IMG/VR virus record: IMGVR_UViG_3300050122_000263
Coordinates: 496,001 to 560,000 of that record
Reading direction: 5' to 3' (one strand)
Length of the DNA: 64,000 nucleotides
The position numbers and the translations under genes were made by a program. Positions 47,871 through 57,124 of the stretch are shown piece by piece (the stretch's first letter is position 1; the number at the start of each line of letters is the position of its first letter). The notes under the pieces are model-generated. The model did no database searches. It saw only the letters and a program-made list of their open reading frames with translations, and was not told the origin of the DNA.

Positions 47871-49058
47871 TTAAGCGATGTACAGTAAGCACCGGAAGCT
47901 CTCGTCTCGTGGCCTCGCATCCAAAACCTCTGTCACTATTTGGTGAGACCCCACCATATGAGTCAGAATGAGAATATGCAGCCCAGCCTCCTCGGCCATA
48001 ACCGCGAGGCTTTGGTCGAATTCATCTTCCTGCGCAAATAAGCCCAGCAGCATGCCGGCATAGCGAGCTGTGGTTGCAATACGTGGCACTAATTGCCGCT
48101 TGCTCTCAGGGAAGTTAACTCCTTTGTATGTCTGGATCTGCTCTGGTGTCATAATCAAATCCTCAGGCATTCCAACCATGTGTTTCTCATGTGCCATCTC
48201 ATCATCCAGCTTGTCCATGGCTGTCTCCTTGTTGCGGAAGGTTCTGGCTCGCTGATAGAGTAGGAAGGTGGTCGATTCTGGCTCGTAATAATAGAATGTC
48301 CCTTTGAAGTCGTCTACATTCTCATTAAAATAAAGACCTCGGTTCAGAGCGCTGGCATAGCGAGTGACAGGGATACAGAAGCATGTTTCAGCTTGTGGTC
48401 CGTTCAAAGTCACAATGTATTCGTATTGATTGATTTGAGTGAGTTGCTCTCGCTTGGCTGTTAGTGAGTTGATAGTTCGGAACATAGCCATATCGTTTCT
48501 AGGTCGCCGACTGCCTGTGTAAACAAGCTCAGGGGCATACATTAACAGAGGTAGTGAGTCAGCCGTTCTTAGAGCATGTTGCCGCCAATATTCAACAGTG
48601 GCGAAGATCCAAACCTTACTACAAAGGGCCAACTTCTTAGGATCCCCATACCAGAAAATGTTCTCCTCCTCCGTCATGCCATGCAGAATAAGCCCTTCAA
48701 TCACATCACTGTTCTTTTCCGGTAGGAAACCAGCCCTGGCCATCTCCAGATTATTATCTACATAGAAGTTGGTTGTGTGACAGCGTATCATCACCAGTTT
48801 GTGTTGCTGCATAAGAGCCCCAACCTCCGTGAAGAGCCTTTGCACATTGAGCTGTGCAAAGAGAACAGGGTAACAAAAGGTATCGTCCTGCCGGATAAGG
48901 TGACTGTCGACATCATAAGCAACAGTCAAATCAATGGTACCGATGCTGGGCGATGTGGCATCCACCACGATTTCGCTCATTGTGTGAGGTTCTGTGGTCA
49001 CAATGTTGAGAAATAAGGCAGCTGCAGTTCGAGCTCGTTTGTTAGACATATTTTTCAT
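47871..49058 (-). CDS. Paralog family A member 3 (putative ART-like)
   Basis: IPVTRYASALNRGLY...FKGTFYYYEPES...THMVGSHQIVTEVLDAR. Confidence 0.8.
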   Translation of the reverse strand: MKNMSNKRARTAAALFLNIVTTEPHTMSEIVVDATSPSIGTIDLTVAYDVDSHLIRQDDTFCYPVLFAQLNVQRLFTEVGALMQQHKLVMIRCHTTNFYVDNNLEMARAGFLPEKNSDVIEGLILHGMTEEENIFWYGDPKKLALCSKVWIFATVEYWRQHALRTADSLPLLMYAPELVYTGSRRPRNDMAMFRTINSLTAKREQLTQINQYEYIVTLNGPQAETCFCIPVTRYASALNRGLYFNENVDDFKGTFYYYEPESTTFLLYQRARTFRNKETAMDKLDDEMAHEKHMVGMPEDLIMTPEQIQTYKGVNFPESKRQLVPRIATTARYAGMLLGLFAQEDEFDQSLAVMAEEAGLHILILTHMVGSHQIVTEVLDARPRDESFRCLLYIA

Positions 49059-49209
49059 CCGCTTTGGTGGCGCTTAGACTTCGAGCACTCAGATCAATTA
49101 ACTCCTGGTAACGTATTTTTGCGCCGTGCGACACTGAGGAGAATTACCACAACCCTGTTAAAATGATTTGCCACTTATCCATAATTAGAGCTCCAAAGCA
49201 AAGGCAACA

Positions 49210-49698
49210 ATGAGTAGCGCGATCTTCTTCAAGAACACTTCCATGCCAGATGAGAACACTAAGGTGAAGACAATTGATGTGGAGTATTTCAACACTAGTT
49301 CCGATCCACTGTTTGGGCGACTCAAGGCTCTCTTCGAGATGGCATATGAAGATGAGAGCTCCATTAGCCTCTTCGACGGGGCTGAGGATCAGCTGGATCA
49401 GCTCTGGCTGTCTGCCGATGATTGTGATATGACAGATAAGGGACGCATTCCGATCTGGAGCATCACATCCTACAACATGAAGGATCGTCATAACATTCAT
49501 CGCTTCTTTGAGGTGTCGGAGTTAACGCATGACAAAGATGGTTGCCATATCTGGGACGTCAGCCCAAAGGGCAGAACTCAGGCTGAGAAGATTGAATCAT
49601 TGATCTTCTACACAGTAGCCGAGAATTTGAGACTCAAAGCGGGTACAGTCATCATCCACAAACCCACTGATCCCACTAAGTACTTCGAGCTGAAATAA
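49210..49698 (+). CDS. Hypothetical protein
   Basis: 162 aa ORF followed by TAAAAA and an 11-bp hairpin. Confidence 0.75.
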   Translation: MSSAIFFKNTSMPDENTKVKTIDVEYFNTSSDPLFGRLKALFEMAYEDESSISLFDGAEDQLDQLWLSADDCDMTDKGRIPIWSITSYNMKDRHNIHRFFEVSELTHDKDGCHIWDVSPKGRTQAEKIESLIFYTVAENLRLKAGTVIIHKPTDPTKYFELK

Positions 49699-49731
49699 AA
49701 AACACAATTTACCCCACTTATGGGGTAAATT
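49696..49731 (+). terminator. 3' hairpin
   Basis: TAAAAAAC..AATTTACCCCA-ctta-TGGGGTAAATT. Confidence 0.65.
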
Positions 49732-49929
49732 TAACCTAATGATTTGACAGGCAACAGTTACATTAATATTACTGAACTCTCTATTTCTATTAGACAGTTT
49801 GAGAATTACCTCTACCTTATACTATGTCTCTGAATAACACCAGTGCTAAATACTCATCCACAGAGAACAACGGCTACAACTGATAATCCACTCTCTCATC
49901 AAACTCAGTCCAAATAAAGACAGACAAGC

Positions 49930-50568
49930 ATGGACAACCAGAAGAAGAACTTACTCGCTAACGGCATCTTCCTTAACCTGAGACGCGAGATATTGCTGAA
50001 ATCTGAAGCATACGAGGAAGAGCATCTCCTTGCCCGTGAAGAAGAGTCTAGTTGGAAATGGAAAGGTCGCTTCAGCACCCTTGGCTTTGTTATCTCAGCT
50101 GTTGGTGGTTCTGTTTGGATGCATCGGCGCCCAAACCTTGGCGTTAAGAGCCTGTGTCTACTGGCTATTGGTTCAAGCATCGCCAGCTTCGTCTACTCCT
50201 ATTACAAGGTCTGGTTGGCTGAAGACAAAGTGATGAGTGCCTATATGACCAAGGAGGACTGGCTGAGTCTGCGTTGGCAATGCAATGATTTGCTCAAGCG
50301 CCTGCACGAGGGCACTAATGGAGTGCCCACGACAGTAGAGCAGATCACAGGAATCCTCACCACACTGGTTTCTCAAAGAGATGGTGTCGAAGATCCCAAT
50401 GAGGAAGGACAAACTGCCAATATGCCAGCTAAGTTCGGCACTCTCTCAACACAGGCATATTTAATAGGTGCTGCAAAGCTGAAGCAGTTTGATCAGGAAG
50501 AAACAGCACTTTACCAGACATGGGGTTGGCAACGTCCAGAGGACTTGTCAGTCTTCAACGTGCAATAA
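49930..50568 (+). CDS. Two-TM protein, SLATT-like
   Basis: Helix - TM (FSTLGFVISAVGGSV) - TM (LCLLAIGSSIASFVYSYY) - AEDKVMSAY...WLSLRWQCNDLL...EDP follows the SLATT layout. Confidence 0.45.
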   Translation: MDNQKKNLLANGIFLNLRREILLKSEAYEEEHLLAREEESSWKWKGRFSTLGFVISAVGGSVWMHRRPNLGVKSLCLLAIGSSIASFVYSYYKVWLAEDKVMSAYMTKEDWLSLRWQCNDLLKRLHEGTNGVPTTVEQITGILTTLVSQRDGVEDPNEEGQTANMPAKFGTLSTQAYLIGAAKLKQFDQEETALYQTWGWQRPEDLSVFNVQ

Positions 50569-50572
50569 CTTC

Positions 50573-50598
50573 AAAAAACACCAAATGTGGTGTTTTTA
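50573..50598. terminator. Bidirectional 3' hairpin
   Basis: AAAAACACCA-aatg-TGGTGTTTTT between convergent genes. Confidence 0.65.
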
Positions 50599-50647
50599 CA
50601 GCTTCAGCATTATCTCCTCAGAGTTAAGTTGCCATTTATTTCAACTA

Positions 50648-50998
50648 TCAGAGCAGAGTACAGGTGCCTGCTCCGCTGAAAGCAATGCAGACAACAACTT
50701 CTCTCTCAATTGTATTCAAAGAGACTCTACACTCTCTACCGAAGGAGGTGTTCTGGGCTTTCACAAACAGATTGTTATCAGCTGCTAGACGGGTCACCTC
50801 TTTGAGGTCAACAGATTCAGGCAGTTGTGATTGTTGCCTAACCTCTAATATTCTACATTTGAAGGACTGGCCTGCCTTGATGCATCTGTCGGCTACAGCC
50901 CAAGAGCGATGCCCGTGATTGAACTGAGTGCCTAAGTCGATAAGCCAACGACTCACGGCCAAAGTATAGGGATCTAATGAGGTTTCCTCCTGCATCAT
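50648..50998 (-). CDS. Hypothetical protein
   Basis: 116 aa ATG ORF. Confidence 0.6.
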   Translation of the reverse strand: MMQEETSLDPYTLAVSRWLIDLGTQFNHGHRSWAVADRCIKAGQSFKCRILEVRQQSQLPESVDLKEVTRLAADNNLFVKAQNTSFGRECRVSLNTIEREVVVCIAFSGAGTCTLL

Positions 50999-51068
50999 TT
51001 TCCCGACTTATAGGCTACACTGTTTTTATCATTTACATTTTCTTACTCAACTTCAAGCTTCAGCGCCG

Positions 51069-52046
51069 TTAGCGTGAGTTGAAGGTGAAAGAAACATCTT
51101 GTTTGTTATTGATGTACTTGAAGCGGCCACCCACCCAAATAGGAGTTCCTTCCACTTTGATCTGCATGGCCTTTAGGAAGTCTAGGATTGAGCGAATGAA
51201 GTTGAAGGTATAGATGTTGCCAGGACACTGTACTCCTGTCGGACCAAATGCCTTGTTGTTAGCGTTGTTAACTAGATCTCGATTACGATGCATAAAGACC
51301 AGCTGGCCATCAGATCCTCCTGTGTGGAAGATGGAGAATTGGGCCACCGCGATCAGGAAGTCGTTCTCCTCCAGACCAGCCATATCGCCCTTCCTATTGA
51401 GGATGGCTTTGGTAAAGTTATCCAACAAAGCCAGTTGTGGCACAAAGACCAGGAAACGCAGGTGACCTGGCAGGGAGCGAATAATACTCGACAGCCTGAA
51501 GACATTGCCAATATTACGGAAGAACACAGAAATACCAGTGATGAAGTCACCACGTAACACCGTCACTATACCACGCAGCACGACCAGGAGTTGGATCATT
51601 TCCTTCTCTACCTCATTGTCAACGATACCAAAGGCTCGATTCGTCTCGATCAGGATGGATTTGGATAGGAAATCCTCAAACTCCTCAATAGTGAGCTTCT
51701 TCTCATTGATATCGTGGAAGTAGTGACGCATATCAATACCTTTAGCTTTCTCTCCCTGCACGCGAAGTAGATCTTTCCTGACTTTATCTGGTAGTACGAT
51801 GCCCATACCAGAGAAGAGCTTGAACATCTCAATGAAGAAGCCAGAGGTGTAGATGTAGGTCTCATCCCGATCTGTCACCCAGTCGCGATCATCCTTGTAG
51901 CCTATGCCGAAGAAGGCAGCAGCCTTAGGGTGCTTATACAGATAGTCGAAGCCAAAACTCAGAATATAGAAGCGAAAGGGCTTGTAGAAGGCATACAGAG
52001 TAAGAAAAGCCACCACACTTGCTAGAAACCAGGTTAGCAGGGACAT
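51069..52046 (-). CDS. Short, divergent cytochrome P450-like protein
   Basis: N-terminal TM anchor; C-terminal AFGPTGVQCPGNIYT resembles the FxxGxxxCxG heme-thiolate motif at the expected position; no ExxR motif; only 325 aa. Confidence 0.6.
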   Translation of the reverse strand: MSLLTWFLASVVAFLTLYAFYKPFRFYILSFGFDYLYKHPKAAAFFGIGYKDDRDWVTDRDETYIYTSGFFIEMFKLFSGMGIVLPDKVRKDLLRVQGEKAKGIDMRHYFHDINEKKLTIEEFEDFLSKSILIETNRAFGIVDNEVEKEMIQLLVVLRGIVTVLRGDFITGISVFFRNIGNVFRLSSIIRSLPGHLRFLVFVPQLALLDNFTKAILNRKGDMAGLEENDFLIAVAQFSIFHTGGSDGQLVFMHRNRDLVNNANNKAFGPTGVQCPGNIYTFNFIRSILDFLKAMQIKVEGTPIWVGGRFKYINNKQDVSFTFNSR

Positions 52047-52179
52047 CTTAAATGTGTGGGAGATACTTTATCTCGTGAGCGACCCAACGAGTCAGATCAC
52101 TTTCCCAGTGAAAATATTCACAACAAGAGTCTATTAACCCTGAACAGGGATAATCGGTTTTTACAATTTCTCTCCCTCT

Positions 52180-53223
52180 TTACACATGAACTTGCCCAGT
52201 CTCTAACGAGATCATATCAACTGCGGAGTTCGATTCAGTCAAGGTCTCATATGGTTCCTTACGCTCTCCCTTGATCCAAAGCGCCACACTCAGCAAACTA
52301 GCCACCAACGCGGGGATCATAATGTAGAGCGGATAATCAAGCCCTGGGTTAAGGTCTGGGAAGACAGAGTAGAAGATAGCAGTGGAGGGATTGACGATCG
52401 AGGTTGAGATCATGTTATAGTTGGTACTGATGGCATTGAGATAGACAGCTGCCACGAATAAACAGATGTAGGAAGCAGTGAATATCTCAAGCAGCAATGT
52501 AGGTACCAGTTTATGTACAAAGATGTCGCCACTGTCCCTGAAGGCTATTATAATATTGTCGGAGTAGCCGAAGAAGATATCAAGCCAGGAGAAGGCTACC
52601 ACTACCACGAACTGTACCAGACGGATGTAGAAGACTAGGCGTATCATGTTAAGGAAGCTGCCATCTCGGGTGTCAGTGATGTATTTCTCCTGCATCACAT
52701 TATGCCCGCTGCGGAAGGTGGTACCTATGGTGAAGATAGCAATCCAAAGGATGGAGGATGGGCTCCAATGAGAATAGATGGGAATAATTGAGATACCTAC
52801 GGAGGTGAACAGAAAAATTAGGCTCGGCACTATATACCACTTCTCATAGAAGACATTCTTCTTCAAAATATATTTAGTCATAATGATACTGGGGATGACA
52901 GCCAAGCCAGGTAGGATAGATTGCACCACAGCAGGGGTACGGATCGGATTAGCCGCATATAATGTGAAGATGCCGGCAAATGCATTACAGAGCCCTGCTA
53001 TCAATATAGTCTTCTTCTCTGGGACTCGCAACAGCTTCCAATCCTTGCGAGCCAAGAACAAGAGAATAAGGCCGAAGACAATACAGAAATGCGCCCCAGA
53101 GACTAGGATAACGAAGATCATGGATGGAAACATCTGCGCCAGAAATGTTACAATAATGCGCTGTGTAGCCCCAGTGATGCTGACGGCGAAAACCAGAAAT
53201 GCAATTCTGCGAGTTGCATCCAT
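52180..53223 (-). CDS. CRT-like (chloroquine-resistance-transporter family, DMT superfamily) transporter 1
   Basis: About 10 TM; AGLCNAF...YAANPIRTPAVVQSIL...IPSIIMTKYILKK...VMQEKY. Confidence 0.8.
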   Translation of the reverse strand: MDATRRIAFLVFAVSITGATQRIIVTFLAQMFPSMIFVILVSGAHFCIVFGLILLFLARKDWKLLRVPEKKTILIAGLCNAFAGIFTLYAANPIRTPAVVQSILPGLAVIPSIIMTKYILKKNVFYEKWYIVPSLIFLFTSVGISIIPIYSHWSPSSILWIAIFTIGTTFRSGHNVMQEKYITDTRDGSFLNMIRLVFYIRLVQFVVVVAFSWLDIFFGYSDNIIIAFRDSGDIFVHKLVPTLLLEIFTASYICLFVAAVYLNAISTNYNMISTSIVNPSTAIFYSVFPDLNPGLDYPLYIMIPALVASLLSVALWIKGERKEPYETLTESNSAVDMISLETGQVHV

Positions 53224-53294
53224 ATTTACGCGGTACTAATATACAAGATTGTTTAAAAGTGAAGCTGGCTCAAATTTTCTTGTCACTTTTAAAG

Positions 53295-54119
53295 ATGCAC
53301 ACAGATTACATTGCTGACGCAGTAGTCAAGAGCCGCGTCTATCCGGTGTCACTCAGCATTCTCTTTATCGGCCAGTTTCTGATCTTTGCTGGTGCACTTT
53401 GGGTCGCTGATGTTTTGCTAACCACTGTTTTCCACGGTCTGGATGGCTATAATGGACGCATGTATTCTTATCTGCTGATTCATATTCCCTTCATCTTTGT
53501 CGTGAGTGGTGTGAGGCAATGGGCTTGGTACTTGCTGACCTTTGTTCACGGTATCGCCCACGTAACCCACCCTGCCCTTTTTGGTGTAGTCTTCAACACC
53601 AATTATACACCTCTGTATGACTACATCGTGCATGCAGCACAATGTCTTTGTGTGTGGTACTGGAACCAGGACCATTTCCCCATCGGCGTGATGACCAGCC
53701 AACTCATGCTAACCGGTGCTGCTATCGCCCATGTGCACCAACCCTTTTTGCAGACATTCCTCTGGATTGTTATCTCTGGCTTTGGCGTTTATGGTACCCA
53801 ATACCATATGCAGCTTCTCAATGTCAAGAAACATCATCATATCTTCGTCTGTGGTTGGATCATCTGGCTGTCACCCTACCTCGGCTATCTTGTGCCAGGT
53901 CGCCTGCCTGAGTGGGACGCTGTCACCAACTACATCGGCCTATTTCGTGTTTGGTTTGTTGCCTTTTACCTGACCATGATCTCGGTTGGACAACATGATC
54001 CACTTGATGAAGCCAGAGAGGATCAGAGTATGCAGATTCAGCAGGGCAAGCGTGTAATCAGTTTCATCCAAACAGACACAGCCCCTGTTGAGGGTGACAG
54101 CAAGATCAAGGCAAATTAA
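53295..54119 (+). CDS. His-rich polytopic membrane protein of unknown family
   Basis: AAAGATG start at 53295; about 7 TM; HGIAHVTH, DYIVHAAQ, AHVH, QYH, HHH. Confidence 0.75.
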   Translation: MHTDYIADAVVKSRVYPVSLSILFIGQFLIFAGALWVADVLLTTVFHGLDGYNGRMYSYLLIHIPFIFVVSGVRQWAWYLLTFVHGIAHVTHPALFGVVFNTNYTPLYDYIVHAAQCLCVWYWNQDHFPIGVMTSQLMLTGAAIAHVHQPFLQTFLWIVISGFGVYGTQYHMQLLNVKKHHHIFVCGWIIWLSPYLGYLVPGRLPEWDAVTNYIGLFRVWFVAFYLTMISVGQHDPLDEAREDQSMQIQQGKRVISFIQTDTAPVEGDSKIKAN

Positions 54120-54124
54120 CCCCG

Positions 54125-54210
54125 GGCTCAACTGGAGTTGAGCCACACCTAGTGTTCTGATATGTATATATGTAAGCCGTGTAAATATTTCGCTACTTCA
54201 AGCGAAATAT
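54125..54210. terminator. Two hairpins between His-rich gene and CRT-like 2
   Basis: GGCTCAACT-gg-AGTTGAGCC (54125-44) and ATATTTCGCT-acttca-AGCGAAATAT (54185-210). Confidence 0.5.
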
Positions 54211-54275
54211 CCCCTATAATAGTGCAGAGAGTGGAAATGTTAAATCACTCTGCTTGTTTCTGAGCAAAAATTGTA

Positions 54276-55391
54276 ATGACTGCTGAAGTTGATGTGAAGT
54301 CCGGCCAGTTTGTGGCCTTGGCTATTGCCGTCATTACCCTCAATATGTTTCAGAGCATTGTTATCCCATTAGCAGCTCAATACTATACATGTCTCTACTT
54401 TATTTGTTTGATCACAGCTGTTGAGTTCTGTATAGTTATGTTTGTTGTTTTTATTTCGGTTAGACGTTACAATACTGGTAGCTGGACATTAGGGCCGATG
54501 CGAGCCAGGAAGACAGTTATCCTCTCCGGTATTTTTAATGCCTTAATGTCTATTATACTAGTGTATTGCTCAAATCCAGCGCGTACTCCTGTTATCATCC
54601 AATCTATCTTCACAGGCTTGGTTATTCTGCCCAGTGTTCTTTTCACCCGCATTGTGCTTAAGAAACAGGTCGTCTATGACAAACGCTTTATTATACCTAG
54701 CCTACTACTTTTAGCTGCCTCAATCGCCATCCCAATCGCGGGCATGGGAGCTGAAGGAACCTGGGCATCCTCCAATATCTACTGGAGCTCAGCCTATCTG
54801 TTTGGAGTAGTCTGCCGCAGTTACTTCAGCATCCTTCAGGAGAAGTATTTTGTTGAGACACAGGATGGCAGCATTGAGAATAAGCTCTCCTTAACTTTCT
54901 ATACTAGATTGGTGCAGCTTGTTGTTGTACTGGCTTGTTGCTGGCTAGAGTGGGTGGTTGGCTACACCGATCATCCCATCACCGCTTTCGGCGAGAGTTT
55001 TATGGCCATGTGGACTCAAGCGATAGGAGCTGCTCTGCTACAAGGCTTCATTGCTGCCTATCTCATTAACTATGTGTTGTCTATCTACCTCAATGCCATC
55101 AGCACCAACTACAGCATGATTATCTCAACGGCAGTGACGCCTGCTCTTGCTCTTTTCTTCGTTATCATACCAAGCCTCAATAATGGGCCTAAATGCAGCG
55201 TCGCTTTTGTTCTTCCAGCTCTGGCATGCTCCATTACTAGTGCTGTACTCTGGATTCTGGGTGAGAAGAAGACAGGCTACCAGATCATTGATAACAAAGG
55301 CATCAGTCCACCGGCCTCATTTGAAGGGACAATCGATCATATGAGTAAGATCTCAATTAACACAACATCTATTAGGAATGAGTCTGCCTGA
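54276..55391 (+). CDS. CRT-like transporter 2
   Basis: SGIFNAL...YCSNPARTPVIIQSIF...LPSVLFTRIVLKK...ILQEKY...YLNAISTNY; paralog of 52180-53223. Confidence 0.8.
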   Translation: MTAEVDVKSGQFVALAIAVITLNMFQSIVIPLAAQYYTCLYFICLITAVEFCIVMFVVFISVRRYNTGSWTLGPMRARKTVILSGIFNALMSIILVYCSNPARTPVIIQSIFTGLVILPSVLFTRIVLKKQVVYDKRFIIPSLLLLAASIAIPIAGMGAEGTWASSNIYWSSAYLFGVVCRSYFSILQEKYFVETQDGSIENKLSLTFYTRLVQLVVVLACCWLEWVVGYTDHPITAFGESFMAMWTQAIGAALLQGFIAAYLINYVLSIYLNAISTNYSMIISTAVTPALALFFVIIPSLNNGPKCSVAFVLPALACSITSAVLWILGEKKTGYQIIDNKGISPPASFEGTIDHMSKISINTTSIRNESA

Positions 55392-55462
55392 TGTTCAATT
55401 TAAAAACATCATCTGTGGTGTTTTTTCTCCTTATATACAACGATTCTCATCTCTGCATATGG

Positions 55463-56971
55463 TTAATAGAGATAAGGGATGAGACGGTAGGGAACTGTCT
55501 CACAGTATTTGTGCCAAGAGAGGCCATACTTCTTGGCACAACGGGCTTCATCACGGTAACAACGGATGACTAGCAAGATGATCATGTAGATACAGTAGAA
55601 ATAAGGGATGATGCTGTCTGAGCCACAGGCTAAGCAATAGGCTGTTGACAGGATAATATCCCCTGTGTAGTTCATGTGACGGGCTACGCCCCATAGACCC
55701 TCAACCAGGAGTTTGCTCTCGTGGCAGCCAGACTCAGTTGTGTAGCTACACAGTACATGCTGCTGTCTGGCCTGTTCCTGCGGAGTTGAACGTCTGAAAC
55801 AGTCCTTCTGGCTATTGGCGACTCGGAAGATGACGTAACCCAGCAGTCCCAACAGTAGGATGGAAAAGAACTTAGAGTTACCGAGCGTGACTGGATGGTA
55901 GCTGAGATACTGAGCCTGTATAGTATAGGTGAAGGGCAACCAGACACAGTCTCCCCAAGCTAGCACCCAACCAAAGTGGTCATGGGCGATATCAATAGTG
56001 CGCAGATACCAATTCTCATTGAAGAAAAAGTCAAGCACATAGATAGCCTGTAATATATTAACCAGAACCATGGAGTCTGAGACATAACCGTAGCGCTTAG
56101 CTTGGGCTGCTGCAAAGGAGATGTTGATGAGAGTCCAGGCGATAATACCTGGTCGCCCGTTGAAAAAGAGCTTGAAATCCAAGTTGCCAATACGCGGGTT
56201 AAACTCGACGCCCATAATGAAATCATACACAAAGCTGCCTGAGTATTTATTATCACGTGGATGAGTTGGGGCATAATGGGCTTTTAGGTAAGACATAATG
56301 GACAACAAAAGACCGGTGATATTAGCTACAAGGAAGAGAGCCATCCAATTGTCCGCGATCCAAGTCACAGACAAGATACTGTAATAGCAGAGCATGACGA
56401 AGGTGATGTGAGTGATGAGCCAAGCCTGCAGCCCGTTAATATTGTAATAGAGCAGATGACCGGCAGGAGTTAACTGCCCCTGTTTGTGACCACCAACATA
56501 GCTAGGCGTCAGCTTATGTAAGCCATCAGGCAGCACAGCCAATAGAGTTTGCCAGGCAAACCAGCCAATTAGGGTGATTGTGACTGAGCCTATAGTATCT
56601 CTGATGTGAACGATGTCCAGGTAGCTGAGATTGTCTGAATTGGAGAGTTGGCTGTTCTCTGTAACAGCTACGAGGTGATCACCTCGCGACGATCCTGGGC
56701 TCAGGCCCAGGATCGGTACGAAATTCAACAGATTCTCGGCGAATGGCAGGAGATGATCATTTACACAGAGCATGATAAGACACAGGGCCAAGCCAGGCAC
56801 CCAAATGAACATAAGTAATACACCGCGTACAGTCAGCTTGCTTGGGCTATCGCAGCGGCCCCACGTCTTCTTCCCTATAGCATTAGTATTGCCTGTGGCT
56901 GGGGTAATATTGATATTCGAGCGAGAAGTGAAGTCTCCAGCACAGTCGCTATATGGAACATTAATGGACAT
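55463..56971 (-). CDS. DHCR7: 7-dehydrocholesterol (sterol delta-7) reductase, ERG4/ERG24 family
   Basis: GVEFNPR...DFKLFFNGRPGIIAWTLIN...DFFFNENWYLRTIDIAHDHFGWVLAWGDCVWLP...WGVARHMNYTGD...RDEARCAKKYG...VPYRLIP. The RTIDIxHDHFGW signature is DHCR7-type. First ATG at 56971. Confidence 0.95.
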   Translation of the reverse strand: MSINVPYSDCAGDFTSRSNINITPATGNTNAIGKKTWGRCDSPSKLTVRGVLLMFIWVPGLALCLIMLCVNDHLLPFAENLLNFVPILGLSPGSSRGDHLVAVTENSQLSNSDNLSYLDIVHIRDTIGSVTITLIGWFAWQTLLAVLPDGLHKLTPSYVGGHKQGQLTPAGHLLYYNINGLQAWLITHITFVMLCYYSILSVTWIADNWMALFLVANITGLLLSIMSYLKAHYAPTHPRDNKYSGSFVYDFIMGVEFNPRIGNLDFKLFFNGRPGIIAWTLINISFAAAQAKRYGYVSDSMVLVNILQAIYVLDFFFNENWYLRTIDIAHDHFGWVLAWGDCVWLPFTYTIQAQYLSYHPVTLGNSKFFSILLLGLLGYVIFRVANSQKDCFRRSTPQEQARQQHVLCSYTTESGCHESKLLVEGLWGVARHMNYTGDIILSTAYCLACGSDSIIPYFYCIYMIILLVIRCYRDEARCAKKYGLSWHKYCETVPYRLIPYLY

Positions 56972-57124
56972 TGCAGCTGTTTGCAACTTTCTTACGATCT
57001 CTCCACTACAATTGGCTGATCAGTTCTCGCTTCTTTCGCTGTTGTCATAGAATTAGCACTATGATTATGACTGATATAAAGTTATATCAGTCAGATTAAA
57101 GTCGTACTAGAAACAACCTAGATA

